Assembly (NCBI GenBank): GCA_963833985.1
Contig: CAWIAD010000002.1
Location: 1,408,001-1,472,000 of the forward strand
Source: an uncultured Planctomycetaceae bacterium
GTDB lineage: Bacteria; Planctomycetota; Planctomycetia; Isosphaerales; Isosphaeraceae
Direction: 5' to 3'
DNA length: 64,000 nt
Notes under the pieces: model-generated
Database searches by the model: none
Seen by the model: the letters and a program-made list of their open reading frames with translations, nothing else
What the model was told of the DNA's origin: nothing
Part shown: piece after piece, positions 27,406 through 38,902 of the stretch
Layout of the letters: the number at the start of each line of letters is the position of its first letter
How positions within the stretch are numbered: position 1 is the stretch's first letter
Program-made: the position numbers and the translations under genes

Positions 27406-29900
27406 TCACGGGCCTTGAGTTGCTCTCAACTGACCATCGATCTCGTATTGCCTTCCAGGCCCCGTGGCGAGCTTCACGGTCCTGTCGCCGTACCGCACGG
27501 TCGCCTCGCGGCCCAGCAGCGAGTGGATCGTTGCCGATGCAAGCTGGCCGTCCTTCCACGCCAGGTCGACCTCGAATCCGCCCCGGCGCGCAGGCCTTGC
27601 ACCGATCCGCTGGGCCAGGCCTTGGGCAGGGCAGGCAGGAGGTGAATCTCGCCAGGGGCGGCGTGGCTTTGCAGCAGCATCTCGGCGATGCCGGCCGGGA
27701 AGGCAAAGTTGCCGTCCATCTGGAACGGCGGGTGGCTGCCGAACAGGTTGACATAGACGCCACCCGGCCCGAGCCGGAGGGTCCGTTCGATGAGCCGGAA
27801 GGCGTGGTCGCCGTCTCCCAGCCGGGCCCAGAGACTGATCTTCCAGCCAGAGGACCAGCCCGTCCCCTCGTCACTGCGCACCTCGAGCGACTTGCGAGCG
27901 GCCGCCAGCCATCCGGGCGTCTCCCGCGTGATCTGGTTCCCGGGATAAACGGCCCAGAGATGCGAGAGGTGCCGGTGGTGCACCTCGGCCTCGCGGAACG
28001 GACGGAACCATTCCTGGAGCCGTCCGTCCGGGCCGATCTGAAGTGGGTACAGCTTCGCCAGCGCCGCCGCGAGCCGGCCGCGGAAGGGCTCGTCGGTGTT
28101 CAGAAGCTTCGACGCCTCGATACAGTGCGTGAACAGGTCATGAATCAACTCCAGGTCCATCGTGCTGGCCATGCTTACGGCGGAGTGAGTGCCGTCCTGC
28201 GTGACGAAGACGTTTTCGGGCGAGGTCGAGGGCGCGGACACCAGATGGCCCTTGCCGTCGTCAATCAGGAAGTCGAGGCAGAACTCGGCCGCCCCTTTCA
28301 TGAGCGGGTACGCGGTCGCCTTCAGAAAGGCCTCGTCCCCGCCGAACTCGTAGTGCTGCCAGAGATGCTGGCAGAGCCAGGGACCGGACATCGGCCAGAG
28401 CACCAGGTGGCATCGCCCGCGCCGTAGTCTCCCACCGGAGCGGACTGCCGCCAGACGTCGGTGTTGTGGTGTGCCACCCAGCCGTTGCAACCGTAATTGA
28501 TGCGCGCCGTCTTGCGGCCGTTCTCGGCGAGGCCGCGGATCAGTTCGAAGAGGGGCTCGTGGCACTCGGCCAGGTTCATGGCCTCGACCGGCCACATATT
28601 CATTTGAGTGTTGATATTGATCGTGTAATTGCTGCTCCAGGGGCGCGCGCAGCTCGTCGTTCCAGATGCCCTGAAGGTTGGGCGGCTGCGTGCCAGGCCG
28701 TGCACTGGCAATCAGCAGGTAGCGGCCGTACTGAGCGTGCAGGACCACGAGCCCCGGATCGCGGGCGCCGAACTGCCGGACGCGTTCGTCGGTGGGCAGC
28801 TTCCGCGCCGCTTCGGGCGACGGCCCGAGATCCAGAGCGACGCGCCGGAAGAGACGCTGATGATCGGCGAGGTGAGCCTCCAGCAGCGCGGGATAGGTTT
28901 TGCCGGCGGCAGCGGCCAGCGCCTTGCCGGCGATCATGGCGGGATCGTTGCCCTGGAGCCCCGGCGATCGGTCGTAGCCGCTGAAGCTGGTGGCCGCCGA
29001 GAGCAAGAGCGTGACCTCGGTGGCGTGCACCACCTTGAGCTCGTGGTCGGAGGCCTCGACGGAACCGGACCTGGCCAGGGCGCGGAGCTGGCACTCGAAG
29101 GTCATGCCCTCACCGTCGTCCTTCTCGGAATAGACGATCGGGTTGGAGCGATCATAGTAGTTCGGATCGACGTGCGCGGGGGCCTTGCCGTGCAGCACCA
29201 GGTTCCCGTCCCGGGCCTGGGTCCGGAAGTGGAGCTTGCTGGCCAGGCGCGCCTTGAAGCTGAGGGCACCGGGCCGGCTCGCCGTCAAACGCACCACCAT
29301 GACCTGGTCGGGATGGGACACGAAGAGCGTGCGCCGGTAGTCCACACCGTCCCTGGTGTACGAGACTTCCGCCAGGCCCCGGTCGAGATCGAGGGTGCGG
29401 CGGTAGCGGCTCACGTCCCCGGCAGCCTGCGCGGCCGGGCGCGCCGGTTCAAATTCCAGGATCAGCTCTCCCATGGGGAGGTAGGTCTGGGTGTAGGGGC
29501 CCATCATCCTCTTCCCCAGCCGATGGGCTTCGGCGAACTTGCCCGCGAAGATGAGCCGGCGGATCTCGGGCAGGGATTTCAGGGCCTGGGGATTGTCGCA
29601 ATCCTTCGGGCCGCCCGACCAGAGGGTGTCCTCGTTCAGGGTGATTCGCTCGGTATTCACGCCGCCGTGCACCATGCCGCCCATGCGCCCGTTACCTACC
29701 GGCAAGGCTTCGAGCCACTCCCGGGCGGGTTTCGCATACCAGAGGACGAGCGGTTCCACGAGCTCGTCCGTCGGTACGGAAGCCGCTCGATCAGAGGCTT
29801 GAATCGAGCCCGTTGCCAGGAATAGAATCCAGTAGACCGCACTTCCGAGAACGCGTATCGGTCGCGGAGCTGAATTTCCCATCACGGAGTTCCTGCTCAT
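27406..29900 (-). CDS. GH95 alpha-L-fucosidase (several frameshifts)
   Basis: [57 protein letters not shown]. Confidence 0.92.
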
Positions 29901-30250
29901 GCGTCATGAACGGTACCGGACACGTCCTGCAAACGCCGCCCGCATGCAGTGCTCAGTGAAGACGCTGCAATGCTTACAAAACGAGCGTGTCCCTGGATGC
30001 GACGAGCGCCTTGGTTCGCGCTCGGGCCCGCTGGCAAGACAGCTCTGACGCTGAGCCTGATCTGCCAGTCTCCAGGTATTTTACGGCGATCTTCTCGGGC
30101 AACGCCATGAGGCTGCGGCAGGATCTGGCGCGGTTTCTCAATGCTTTTGATTTGCGGTATCGGTCTTGCTTCAGGTTTCTGTGGATGCGGCAAGCAACGC
30201 CCACATCCTCATGTCCAGAGTTCTCGTTTTCTTTCCCCACGGAGGCGACC

Positions 30251-30400
30251 ATGAGTGCAAAGAAGCGTCGCAAGATCTACGGTGTCCGTCGGGAGACGCG
30301 CCGGACCAGAGGCTGGACGAGGTGGTTCCAGGAAGGCTTGTTCGATTCCGATTCGGCTGGCGGCATTCGCCTGCGGACGGTCCTGTGGGGACAGAGATAG
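30251..30400 (+). CDS. Small basic hypothetical protein
   Basis: GGAGG RBS 5 nt before ATG; 49-aa Arg/Lys-rich ORF. Confidence 0.4.
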   Translation: MSAKKRRKIYGVRRETRRTRGWTRWFQEGLFDSDSAGGIRLRTVLWGQR

Positions 30401-30566
30401 GTCCGCCGCCGATCAGGCAGGACCGGTGAGCCGGCATTCCAGACCCATGCCAGCGATCGATGACCCTCGATCCAGCGGGTTCGGCTCACCTCAATCTGGC
30501 TCCCATCCGTCGGTCGGGTCACGGCCGGTCCAGTCATACCGGCCGTGACGCGACACAACGCGATGC

Positions 30567-33500
30567 TCACCGGGTTTTCAGGCTGGCCAGGAACTCGATG
30601 AGGTCTCGCACCTCGGACTTGCTGAGCTTCGTGATGAGGTCGGCCGGCATCGCCGAGGGCCCGCGCTTGCGTTCCTCGATCTCGGTCTTGGCCACAGTCA
30701 CCGGTTGACCCTCGGCGGTGATCAGATGGACGTCCCGGTCCGTCTCCGACCGGAGCACCCCGGTCACCACCTTGCCGTCGCTGGTGGCCAGGACCACCGA
30801 TTCAAAGCCCTGAGCGATCTTCTGATTGGGGTCGACCAGCGATTCAAGCAGATACTCGCGGTTCTGCCGGCTGCCAATGCCCGACAGTTCCGGCCCGACC
30901 TCTCCTCCGGTGACCTTGCGGTCGAATCCCGGGGCCTTGTGACAGCGCAGGCATGACACTTCGGCCTTCGAGAAGAAGATTCTCCGTCCTCGTCGCGCAT
31001 CGCCTCCCGCCAGGGTTTCCCGGAAGGGCCCGAGCGGATCGTTTTTCGACTTCGAGGCCTCGTACCGTTGCAGCCGGGAACGCATGGCGTCCGAGGGTTG
31101 ACGCTCGGCCGCCGTGATCAGATCAAGCCGGATCTCGGCGGGTACCTTGCCGGCGGCCAGGCGATCGAGCCATTCCAGCAGCACCGTCTCGGCCGCCGGG
31201 TAGGGACGATCGCCGAGGATCGCGAAGACGCCCTGACGCTCGTACGCGGTGCCCGACTGGAGCATCCGGTCCACCGCGGCGCGGGCGGCCGCGGGATCGG
31301 CCTGAAAGAGAACCCGGACTGCCTCCACACGCGCCCGCGGAGCACCCGACTTGACGACTCGCCGAGCCAGATCGGCCCGCGCCGGATGATGGAGGGCCTC
31401 GAGGGCCTTGAGGATCTCCACGAGCGTCTCGGCGGATGTCTTGCCGTCCGCGGCCAGCCGGGCGAGTGCTGGTCCTGCTTCCTGAATTGCCAGCAATCCG
31501 CTGGCGCGGATGGCTTCCTGGCCGATCTCCTCCGGTCCCCTGGTCAGCAGGTTCTCGATCTCCGTCCGGAGGGCCGTGGCGGCCGGATCCGCGGACCGGG
31601 GAGCGATCGGCCTCCAGAGCCCCATGACCTTGTCACGGCCCGCCGGATGTGCCCACTCCCCAAGCATCTCCAGCGCCAGCAGTCGTACCGCCTCGGGAAG
31701 ATCGGCGCGCCCCGCGGCGCTGGCCAGCGACCGTGCATCTTGCTCGCGACCGAGCCGGAAACAGGCGTTGGCAATCCGGCGCAGCAAGGGAACCGGTGCG
31801 CTCGCCGTGAAGGGCAGGGCGGCCAGCGCCGGCATGGCCTTCGGGATGGGGACGTCGTTGATGGCACGCGCGGCTTCCATTACCAGGCTGGGATCGGCAT
31901 CGCTCAGGAACTCCGCGACCGCCGGAGCCTCGTGTCTCCTCAGCGCCAGCAGCACACCCACTCGAACCGAGGGAGACGGATCGTGACATGCCTGCTTGAG
32001 CAAGTTCTGGTTTTTCAGCCCCGCCAGCCCCATCACGGCGGCGTGCCGCAGGTAGGGGTCTTGATCGTGGTTCTCGCGCAGCAAGCTCAGCAGTGGCTGG
32101 AACGATTCCTCGCGGCCCAGCTTGCCCAGGGCAATCGCCGCATGCAACCGCACCCGGGCCTCGGGGTCGTGCAGCAGCGGGATCAAGCTTTGTACCGCCT
32201 CGGGCCGGCGTGCATCGCCGAGCACCCGCGCTGCCTGGGCACGTAATTCCGGATCGGCCTGCGTGAGCACGGGCTCAAGGACGGGCCGGAGGTCTTCGGA
32301 GCCAGCGCTCTGACCGTGACCGCGGGCCAGTTGACCGAGCCCCCAGAGGGCATGAATCCGCGCCATTCGGTTCTCGGAGGATCGGACCACGGCCGCCAGG
32401 GCGTCCCGCTGCTTCCGGCTCACCAGCTCGAACTGGGCTTCCTGCCGGACCAGCAAGGCAGCATGGCCCAGGAGGCGGCAGAGCTCGTCCGTCGTCCGCT
32501 GCTCCATCCCCTCGGCGCAGCCTCTGCGCCTCGCGAACCGCGGCATCGTGCTTCCTTGCCGGGTCGAGCACGCGGTACAGACGCCCTTTCCCGGTCTTGC
32601 CCCACCCCTCGACCCAGTCCGTGAAATAGAGCGCTCCGTCGGGCCCGAAATCGGCATCGGTCGCCAGGGTGCTCCAGACGAACTGCTGCGAATCGACCAG
32701 CTCGAACGAGGCTCCCCTCGGTTTGAGAGCGAAGCTGCGGATGCCGCTCTGGCCGCTGGCACCCCGGAAATCGACCAGGAAGAAATGGTCCTTGTAGCGC
32801 TCCGGGAGCAGGCTCACGCCGGGGTCGTAGGTCAGTCCCGACGGGCCGTCGGAGATGTTCGCGACCGGCGGTACCAGGTAGGCGGCTCGGGGCGCAGTCT
32901 TCGGGTCCCACAGCCGCTCCTCGTTCCAGGGGCCCCGGCTGATGGGCTCCTCGATGAACTGGTAGCCGATCCGCCAGCCGCTGTCGCCCCCCTCGACCAC
33001 GTGCACCCAGCGGGCCCGGTCGCCGCTGTCGGAGTTATTGTCGCAAGTGAACAGGTTGCCGAACTGGTCGAAGATCAGCTCCTGCGGATTGCGCAGGCCG
33101 GTGGCGAAGACCTCGAGCTCCGTTCCATCCGGGTTGCACCGCAGCACCGAGCCAGACTCGATTGCGACCAGCGTCTTGCCCTCGCGCGTGGTGACGTTGA
33201 AGCCCCGGTCTCCAATGCTGAAATAGAGCATCCCGTCGGGACCCATGCGCAGGCCGTGCAAGTCGTGGCCCAGGAACCCCACGTGCACGCCGTAGCCCTG
33301 GTGCAGGAGGGTTCGTTCCGACGCCTTGCCCGATCCCGTGGCGTCGCGCAGCTTCCAGAGCCAGGGGATGCAGGTGTACCAGACCTCACCCTTGCGCGCC
33401 AGCAGCCCCGCACCGATGCCCGCGGCCGGGTCGTTGAAGCCATCGGCGAAGACCGTCGCGGCATCAGCCTTGCCGTCGTGATCGCGATCGACGACCTGCC

Positions 33501-33951
33501 GGACGCGCTCGTGCTCAACCTTGTAAGCCTCGAACTCCTCGCCCAGGAACTTCTGGTACATGGCCACGCGATCGGCGACCGTGCGGCAGGCCAGGTCGTC
33601 GTCGAGCCAGTTCATGTGCCCGCGCGTGTCGGTCACCCCCGCGCCCAGGCGGAAGGTCTCGGCGACGTAGAACCGCCCCTGCTCGTCCGTGCAAAAGGCG
33701 ACCGGGTTGGCCAGCAATGGCTCGGCCGCGAATAGCTCCACCTTCAGGCCGGCAGCGACGCGGAACGTCCGGATCGCCTGCTCGCCTTCGCTGGAAGCCG
33801 GCGCGATCGAAGGGTTGTAAGTGGACTGTCCTGGCCGTTGATCCTCTCCGCCGGCTCGTGCCGGCGCATCGGAAATCCATGAGAGGAGAAGGAGGGCTTG
33901 CGCGATGGACCAGGCAGCCCGGCGAACAGATGTCGGCTGATGCATGAGCAA
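30567..33951 (-). CDS. PVC-type heme-binding CxxCH protein (beta-propeller dehydrogenase, HEAT repeats, cytochrome c); frameshift near 32525
   Basis: VELFAAEP, HDLHG...GPDG.LYFSIGD, GLRNP, HEAT repeats, CLRCH...VGPEL...SAMP. Confidence 0.92.
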
Positions 33952-34155
33952 ATCCAGAACGGGGGTAAGCGGCCGTGAGGGCGGGTTGGTCAGGTGGAGT
34001 CGAAGGAGAGATCCCGCGACTTTTGATAAAATCAGGATATACCGCGTGTGACCGATTGGGAAGCCAGGTTATCAGGCCCGGTGCGCGGCAAGGCAAGCGA
34101 GGATCAGCCATTGCTGATTGCGCAGTTCCGGTTCCCCTATTCCGCCGAGACGACG

Positions 34156-35034
34156 ATGAAACGCGAAGAGGACGAAAAGAATCCTGAAGCGCATCCTGAG
34201 GTCACACTCGACCGTGCCGTCAGGGCGATCACCCGGGCCGAAGCAATACTTGTGGGCGCCGGGGCGGGAATGGGCGTTGATAGCGGGCTTCCCGACTTTC
34301 GCGGTAGCCACGGATTCTGGAAGGCTTACCCGCCTTACGCCAGGCTGGGACTCGATTTCGTGGCGCTGGCCAGCCCGCGGTGGTTCCAGGAGGACCCCGA
34401 GCTGGCCTGGGGCTTCTACGGACACCGGCTGATGCTTTACCGCGAGACGGAACCCCACGAGGGATTTGCCATCCTGCACCGCTGGATGAGCAGGATGCCG
34501 TCAGGCGGGTTCGTCTACACCTCGAACGTGGACGGGCACTTCCAGAAGGCAGGCTTCGCTCCCGAGCGTATCTACGAGGTGCACGGGTCCATCGGGGCGA
34601 TGCAGTGCCTCTCGGAATGCAGCGCGGGGATCTTCTCCTCGGACTCCCATGTCATCGACATCGACCACGAGACCATGCGCGCACGCGGGGAATTGCCGCG
34701 TTGCCCGCAGTGCGGTGGCCTGGCCCGGCCCAACATCCTCATGTTCGGTGACTGGAGATGGAACCCATCACAGGCGGAAGCCCAGCAAGCGCGGTTGATG
34801 TCCTGGCTGAGTTCCGTCGCGGGATCACGGCTCGTGGTCATCGAATGCGGCGCGGGAACCGCCGTTCCCACCGTGCGCCTGGCCTGCCAGGATATTGCCG
34901 GGCGGTACCACGCCACGCTGATCCGCATCAATCCCCGTGAGCCGGAAGTTCCCGACGGGCAGATCTCGCTGCCGATGGGTGCCTTCGATGCGCTCTGGGC
35001 GCTCGATGAGCGCATCGGTTCGTGGAAGCCCTGA
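34156..35034 (+). CDS. Sir2-family NAD-dependent deacylase
   Basis: GAGAGMGVDSGLPDFRG, TSNVDG, EVHGS, CPQCG.LARPNILMFGD, INP. Confidence 0.92.
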   Translation: MKREEDEKNPEAHPEVTLDRAVRAITRAEAILVGAGAGMGVDSGLPDFRGSHGFWKAYPPYARLGLDFVALASPRWFQEDPELAWGFYGHRLMLYRETEPHEGFAILHRWMSRMPSGGFVYTSNVDGHFQKAGFAPERIYEVHGSIGAMQCLSECSAGIFSSDSHVIDIDHETMRARGELPRCPQCGGLARPNILMFGDWRWNPSQAEAQQARLMSWLSSVAGSRLVVIECGAGTAVPTVRLACQDIAGRYHATLIRINPREPEVPDGQISLPMGAFDALWALDERIGSWKP

Positions 35035-35059
35035 CCGGAGACCGGGCCACCGCATGTCG

Positions 35060-35833
35060 TCAGCGCTTCTTGAGCGAGACTCCCAGGCCCTGGTCGTGCA
35101 TGTTGATGAACAGCGTTTCGAGTTCGGGGTTGGTGGTGAGGGCCTTCACGAACGCGGGGTCCGGCGGCGGGCTTGCCATGTTGTGGGCGACGATCAGTCC
35201 GCCTGGACGGACCAGGGGGAGCAGCTTGGTGAAGTAGTCGAGATATCCCTGCTTGTCGGCATCAATGAAGAGCAGATCGATCGGGTCTTTGAGCTGGGTG
35301 ACGTTCTTGTGTGCATCGCCCAGGACCTGGGTGATGAGGCTGGCGACGCCGGCCTTGTGGAAGTTGGCCCGCGCCATCTCGAAGCGGCTGCGGTCGATGT
35401 CGAACGTGGTCAGGTGGCCGCCGGTCTTGCCGAGCGCGAGGCTGAACCAGATCCCGGAATAACCGTTGGAAGTGCCAATCTCGACCACGTTCCTGGCACC
35501 GGTCGCCTCGGTCAGCAGCCGGAGCATCCGGCCGTCCTCGCGCGGCACGTTGGACGTCCCCTGGCGGTAATGGTCCAGCGTATCGAGGACTTCCAGGACC
35601 CTGGCCTCGGCCTCGTCGCGGGGCAGGGGCGGCTGGACACTGGCGGCTTCGGTTGCGCCGGGGACCGAGCTGGCCGATGAGATGGAGACAGGCGGTGCGG
35701 CCGTTTTCGCACCAGTCTCCTGGGCCGGCGTGGTCTGAGCCCCGCTCAGCGTCGCGGAGCCCTCGATCAGGAGCGAACCAGCAAACAGACCTCCGCCCAG
35801 CAGGGCGCAGATCCCCAGGGCACGTTGCGTCAT
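35060..35833 (-). CDS. Class I SAM-dependent O-methyltransferase
   Basis: VEIGTSNGYS, DLLFIDADK..Y, VRPGGLIVAHN. Confidence 0.9.
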   Translation of the reverse strand: MTQRALGICALLGGGLFAGSLLIEGSATLSGAQTTPAQETGAKTAAPPVSISSASSVPGATEAASVQPPLPRDEAEARVLEVLDTLDHYRQGTSNVPREDGRMLRLLTEATGARNVVEIGTSNGYSGIWFSLALGKTGGHLTTFDIDRSRFEMARANFHKAGVASLITQVLGDAHKNVTQLKDPIDLLFIDADKQGYLDYFTKLLPLVRPGGLIVAHNMASPPPDPAFVKALTTNPELETLFINMHDQGLGVSLKKR

Positions 35834-36001
35834 CGCGTCGTCCTTTCGGAGTGATTGGTGATTCCCGGCTGGCGTCGCGATGACCACCGTGCGTGGCCCG
35901 CGCGCCGTGCGTGGCGGGAGCTCTCCTGCCATTCCTTATAACGCTTCCCAAGGGCTGCCGCCATGGGCCAGTTCGCTCGTTTGCCAGGCCCCACACCAGG
36001 C

Positions 36002-36454
36002 TCAACCGGAAAGGAGTTCCAGGAGCCGACCGATCAGCCAGACGAGCACACCCACACTCAGGAGGGCGAGCCCGATCAGTGTCGGTGCAAGCATGAGCCA
36101 GGCGACGATCCTCATGACGCGGCGTCGCCGCTCGAAGGGCGCTTCATGGTCCAGTCCCGCCCAGTCGTCCTCGTCGTCGCTCTCCGGAATGGTGCGATCT
36201 TGCGCAAGCAGCACGCGCGCATCGGCCAGATGCTCCTGCGGAACCCGGATGCGGATGCCTTCCGTGGCAATCTGGAACATCGACGCGCTTCCCATGTGCT
36301 CGTTCTCGAGGATCGTCGGTATGCCTTCGGCCTCGAGCAGCAGGCGTTTCGCCTCGGCGTCGGTGTCGGTGCCGTGGGTCGCAACCACGACCCAGTTCGT
36401 AGGGATGTCGCCTGCGGCTGCCTGGCCGGGGCGTTCGTCCGATAGGCTTGTCAT
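36002..36454 (-). CDS. DUF2007 domain membrane protein
   Basis: AE....LLEAEGIP....E......GIRIRVP. Confidence 0.75.
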   Translation of the reverse strand: MTSLSDERPGQAAAGDIPTNWVVVATHGTDTDAEAKRLLLEAEGIPTILENEHMGSASMFQIATEGIRIRVPQEHLADARVLLAQDRTIPESDDEDDWAGLDHEAPFERRRRVMRIVAWLMLAPTLIGLALLSVGVLVWLIGRLLELLSG

Positions 36455-37549
36455 CGCCGAGTTCCCCGGTAAAGGATGTGTTCCTGCGCCGAAATGCAAC
36501 CCTGGGACTCGAATGCTGATTGTAATCGAACTGGCCTCCCAGGTGTAGCCATGGTAGCCAGAACGCCGCCGATGCCGCTCAGGACTGGAAAACTCAAAAA
36601 TCATATGACTATTCGAATTCTTAATGATCGTGACTATCTATTAAATTCTTATTTGCTGGTATGACCGGGTGTTCTCAGCCGGGCGTGCCATACGGCCGGA
36701 GCCGCATGCACTGCACCAGTCGTGGCGGGAAGGACAAACACGATCGCGCTCTCATTCACCGTGAGAGTCTGCGGCGCTGTTCCATCGAGCGTCAGCTCGA
36801 CCCGGCCATTCATTGTCCCGGGCAGGATTGCGCCGGCCCGGTTGCCCGCGGCTGCAAGGAACCAGGCATCAACCTGGCCGTCCAGCTCTTCCGTGACAAA
36901 CGATGCCCCCGCGCGGCCGAAGTCGTGTCCGGCAACCGTGTGCAGGCATCCGGCAACGAGGCCCGGAGCCCGCGCCAGGAAGCCGAAGCCGGCAAGGGCG
37001 CCTGCGCGGGCGTCAGCGGACGGCCGCGGTTCCGGGCCCAGGTTCGCGACGACCCGCACGGGCCCATAGGTGGCCCGGATCAGCCCATCGTCGCCGGCGG
37101 CCGGCCCGGGTTCGTGCTCGAACGCGGTGACCGGTGTTCCGGTATATCGGGCAGCGATGGATCGCTGGATCCGCGCCAGCCAGCGCAGCCACTCCCGGCG
37201 CGCGGGCTGGCTCAAGGAACGCAGGGTGATCTCCTCGCTCATGCCAAAGCCCAGACCCAGTGTCCAGCTCAGCGTGCGCTGGTCGCTCACGAACTTGCCC
37301 AGGTCGTGGTGCAGCAGCGCGGCCTTGTCGTGCGCCAGCACCTGGGCCACGGGGAAGATTTCCCAGGTACCCGGAGGATAGCGGCTCTGAAACGGCTGCG
37401 CCCACTCGGGATTGCGCCCGGGAACCAGCCCGAACGTGAAGCCGCAAAGCTGCACCTCGGCGTCAAGCACGCGGTCGTGACCGTCCTCGGTGGCCAGCGG
37501 CCGTACCTTTGCGTCTTCGTGGGCCTGGGAGAGCAGGCCCTCGACGTAA

Positions 37550-38902
37550 GGCGACCGGCACGTCGAGATCTACCCGGAATTGAGCTTCCCCGTTCTGTGA
37601 GATGATGCAAGGCTAGAGCCTGGCCTGTTGCCGTCTGTACACCAGGGAGGGGAACCGTCATGGAAGGATCCACTGAGTGCCTCGACGCCTTGATCTGTTC
37701 GGGAGCCAGACGGCTGACCGGATACCAGCGCCGATTGTTCATGGCCGAGGTGGCCACGGAACTCTGTGAAGGCAGCGCCCGCCAAGCTGAACGACGCTTC
37801 GGCTGGGGACGAGAAACGGTCCTGAAAGGACTGCACGAGGCCCGTCAAGGGATACGCTGTCTCGAGAATTTCGTCGCGAGAGGTCGGCTGCGCAGCGAAG
37901 AGAAGGACCCGCAACTGGCTGCGGACATCCGTGCGATCGTCGAGCCCCATACCTACGCCGATCCGGAACTGAAGTCGTCGCGACGGTACATGAACCTGTC
38001 GGCGGCGGAGGTGCGAGGAGCCTTGATTGACAAGGGCTATCCCCGAGACGCGTTGCCCAGCGAGCGCACCATGCGGGACATCCTCAACCGCATGAACTTC
38101 CGCCTCAAGCGGATTCAGAAGGGCAGGCCGCTGAAGAAGACCAAGGAGACCGACGCGATCTTCGCCAACGTGAAGGAGGTGCAGCAACAGGCTCGGGACG
38201 ATCCTGAGGCGCTGGAGATCTCCATGGACACCAAGGCGAAGGTGGGATTGGGCGATTACGCTCGTGGGGGGAAAAACCAGGACCGCCGCCGACGGTCAAG
38301 TGGCCAAGGGATGGGATCACGATCCGCCAGCCAAGGAGAAGCTGGTCCCTTTCGGCATCGTGATGCGGGTGACCGGGGTATTGATGCTCCTGTTCGGATC
38401 GCGCGAGACCAGCGACGCTTGGGCCGATGCGCTCCGCATGTGGTGGCTGCAGGTCCGGTCAGGCTTCGGGCATGTCAAGCGCCTGGTGATCTATCTGGAC
38501 AACGGCCCCAAGAACTCCGGTCGGCGGACCCAGTTCCTGAAACGGATGGTCCAGTTTGCCGACTGGTCGGGGTTGGAGATTCGGTTGGTGTACTATCCCC
38601 CCTACCACAGCAAATACAACCCGATTGAACGCTGCTGGTCGGCCCTGGAGAAGAAATGGAACGGCGTGTTACTGAACTGCCTGAAGGTGGTCCTGCAATG
38701 CGCCCTACGAATGACCTGGAAGCGCCGGCACCCGATCGTGAAACGCCTCCACGGCGAGTATCCCGATGGCGTTCGAGTCGCCGCCAAGGAGATGAAGCAG
38801 TACGAAGCTCGATTGGAAAGATCGGCGACCCTGCCGAAGTATGACATCACTATCAAACCGAGAATCACCGAGCAGCAGGGAAACTAAGACCTGCCGCTCG
38901 CC
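37550..38902 (+). mobile_element. ISAzo13-family IS, copy 2 (1353 bp)
   Basis: Same IRs and ORFs as copy 1; TAA duplication at 37547-37549 and 38903-38905. Confidence 0.95.
37660..38887 (+). CDS. ISAzo13-family transposase (G6A5 frameshift)
   Basis: Translation identical to copy 1. Confidence 0.9.

Noticed and set aside
21386..33951. Mass pseudogenisation or programmed frameshifting of DUF1501, ptsH, GH95 and the PVC heme gene
   Set aside because: Single-base indels, mostly in G/C runs, with no in-frame stops, are more simply explained by long-read consensus errors. Read polishing is needed to settle it.
34156..35034. Sir2 gene as an anti-phage system
   Set aside because: It is a standalone Zn-binding sirtuin deacylase with no defence partner genes nearby.
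36600..36650. AT-rich patch as dif or origin
   Set aside because: No match to dif arms or repeated DnaA boxes; more likely a promoter region.
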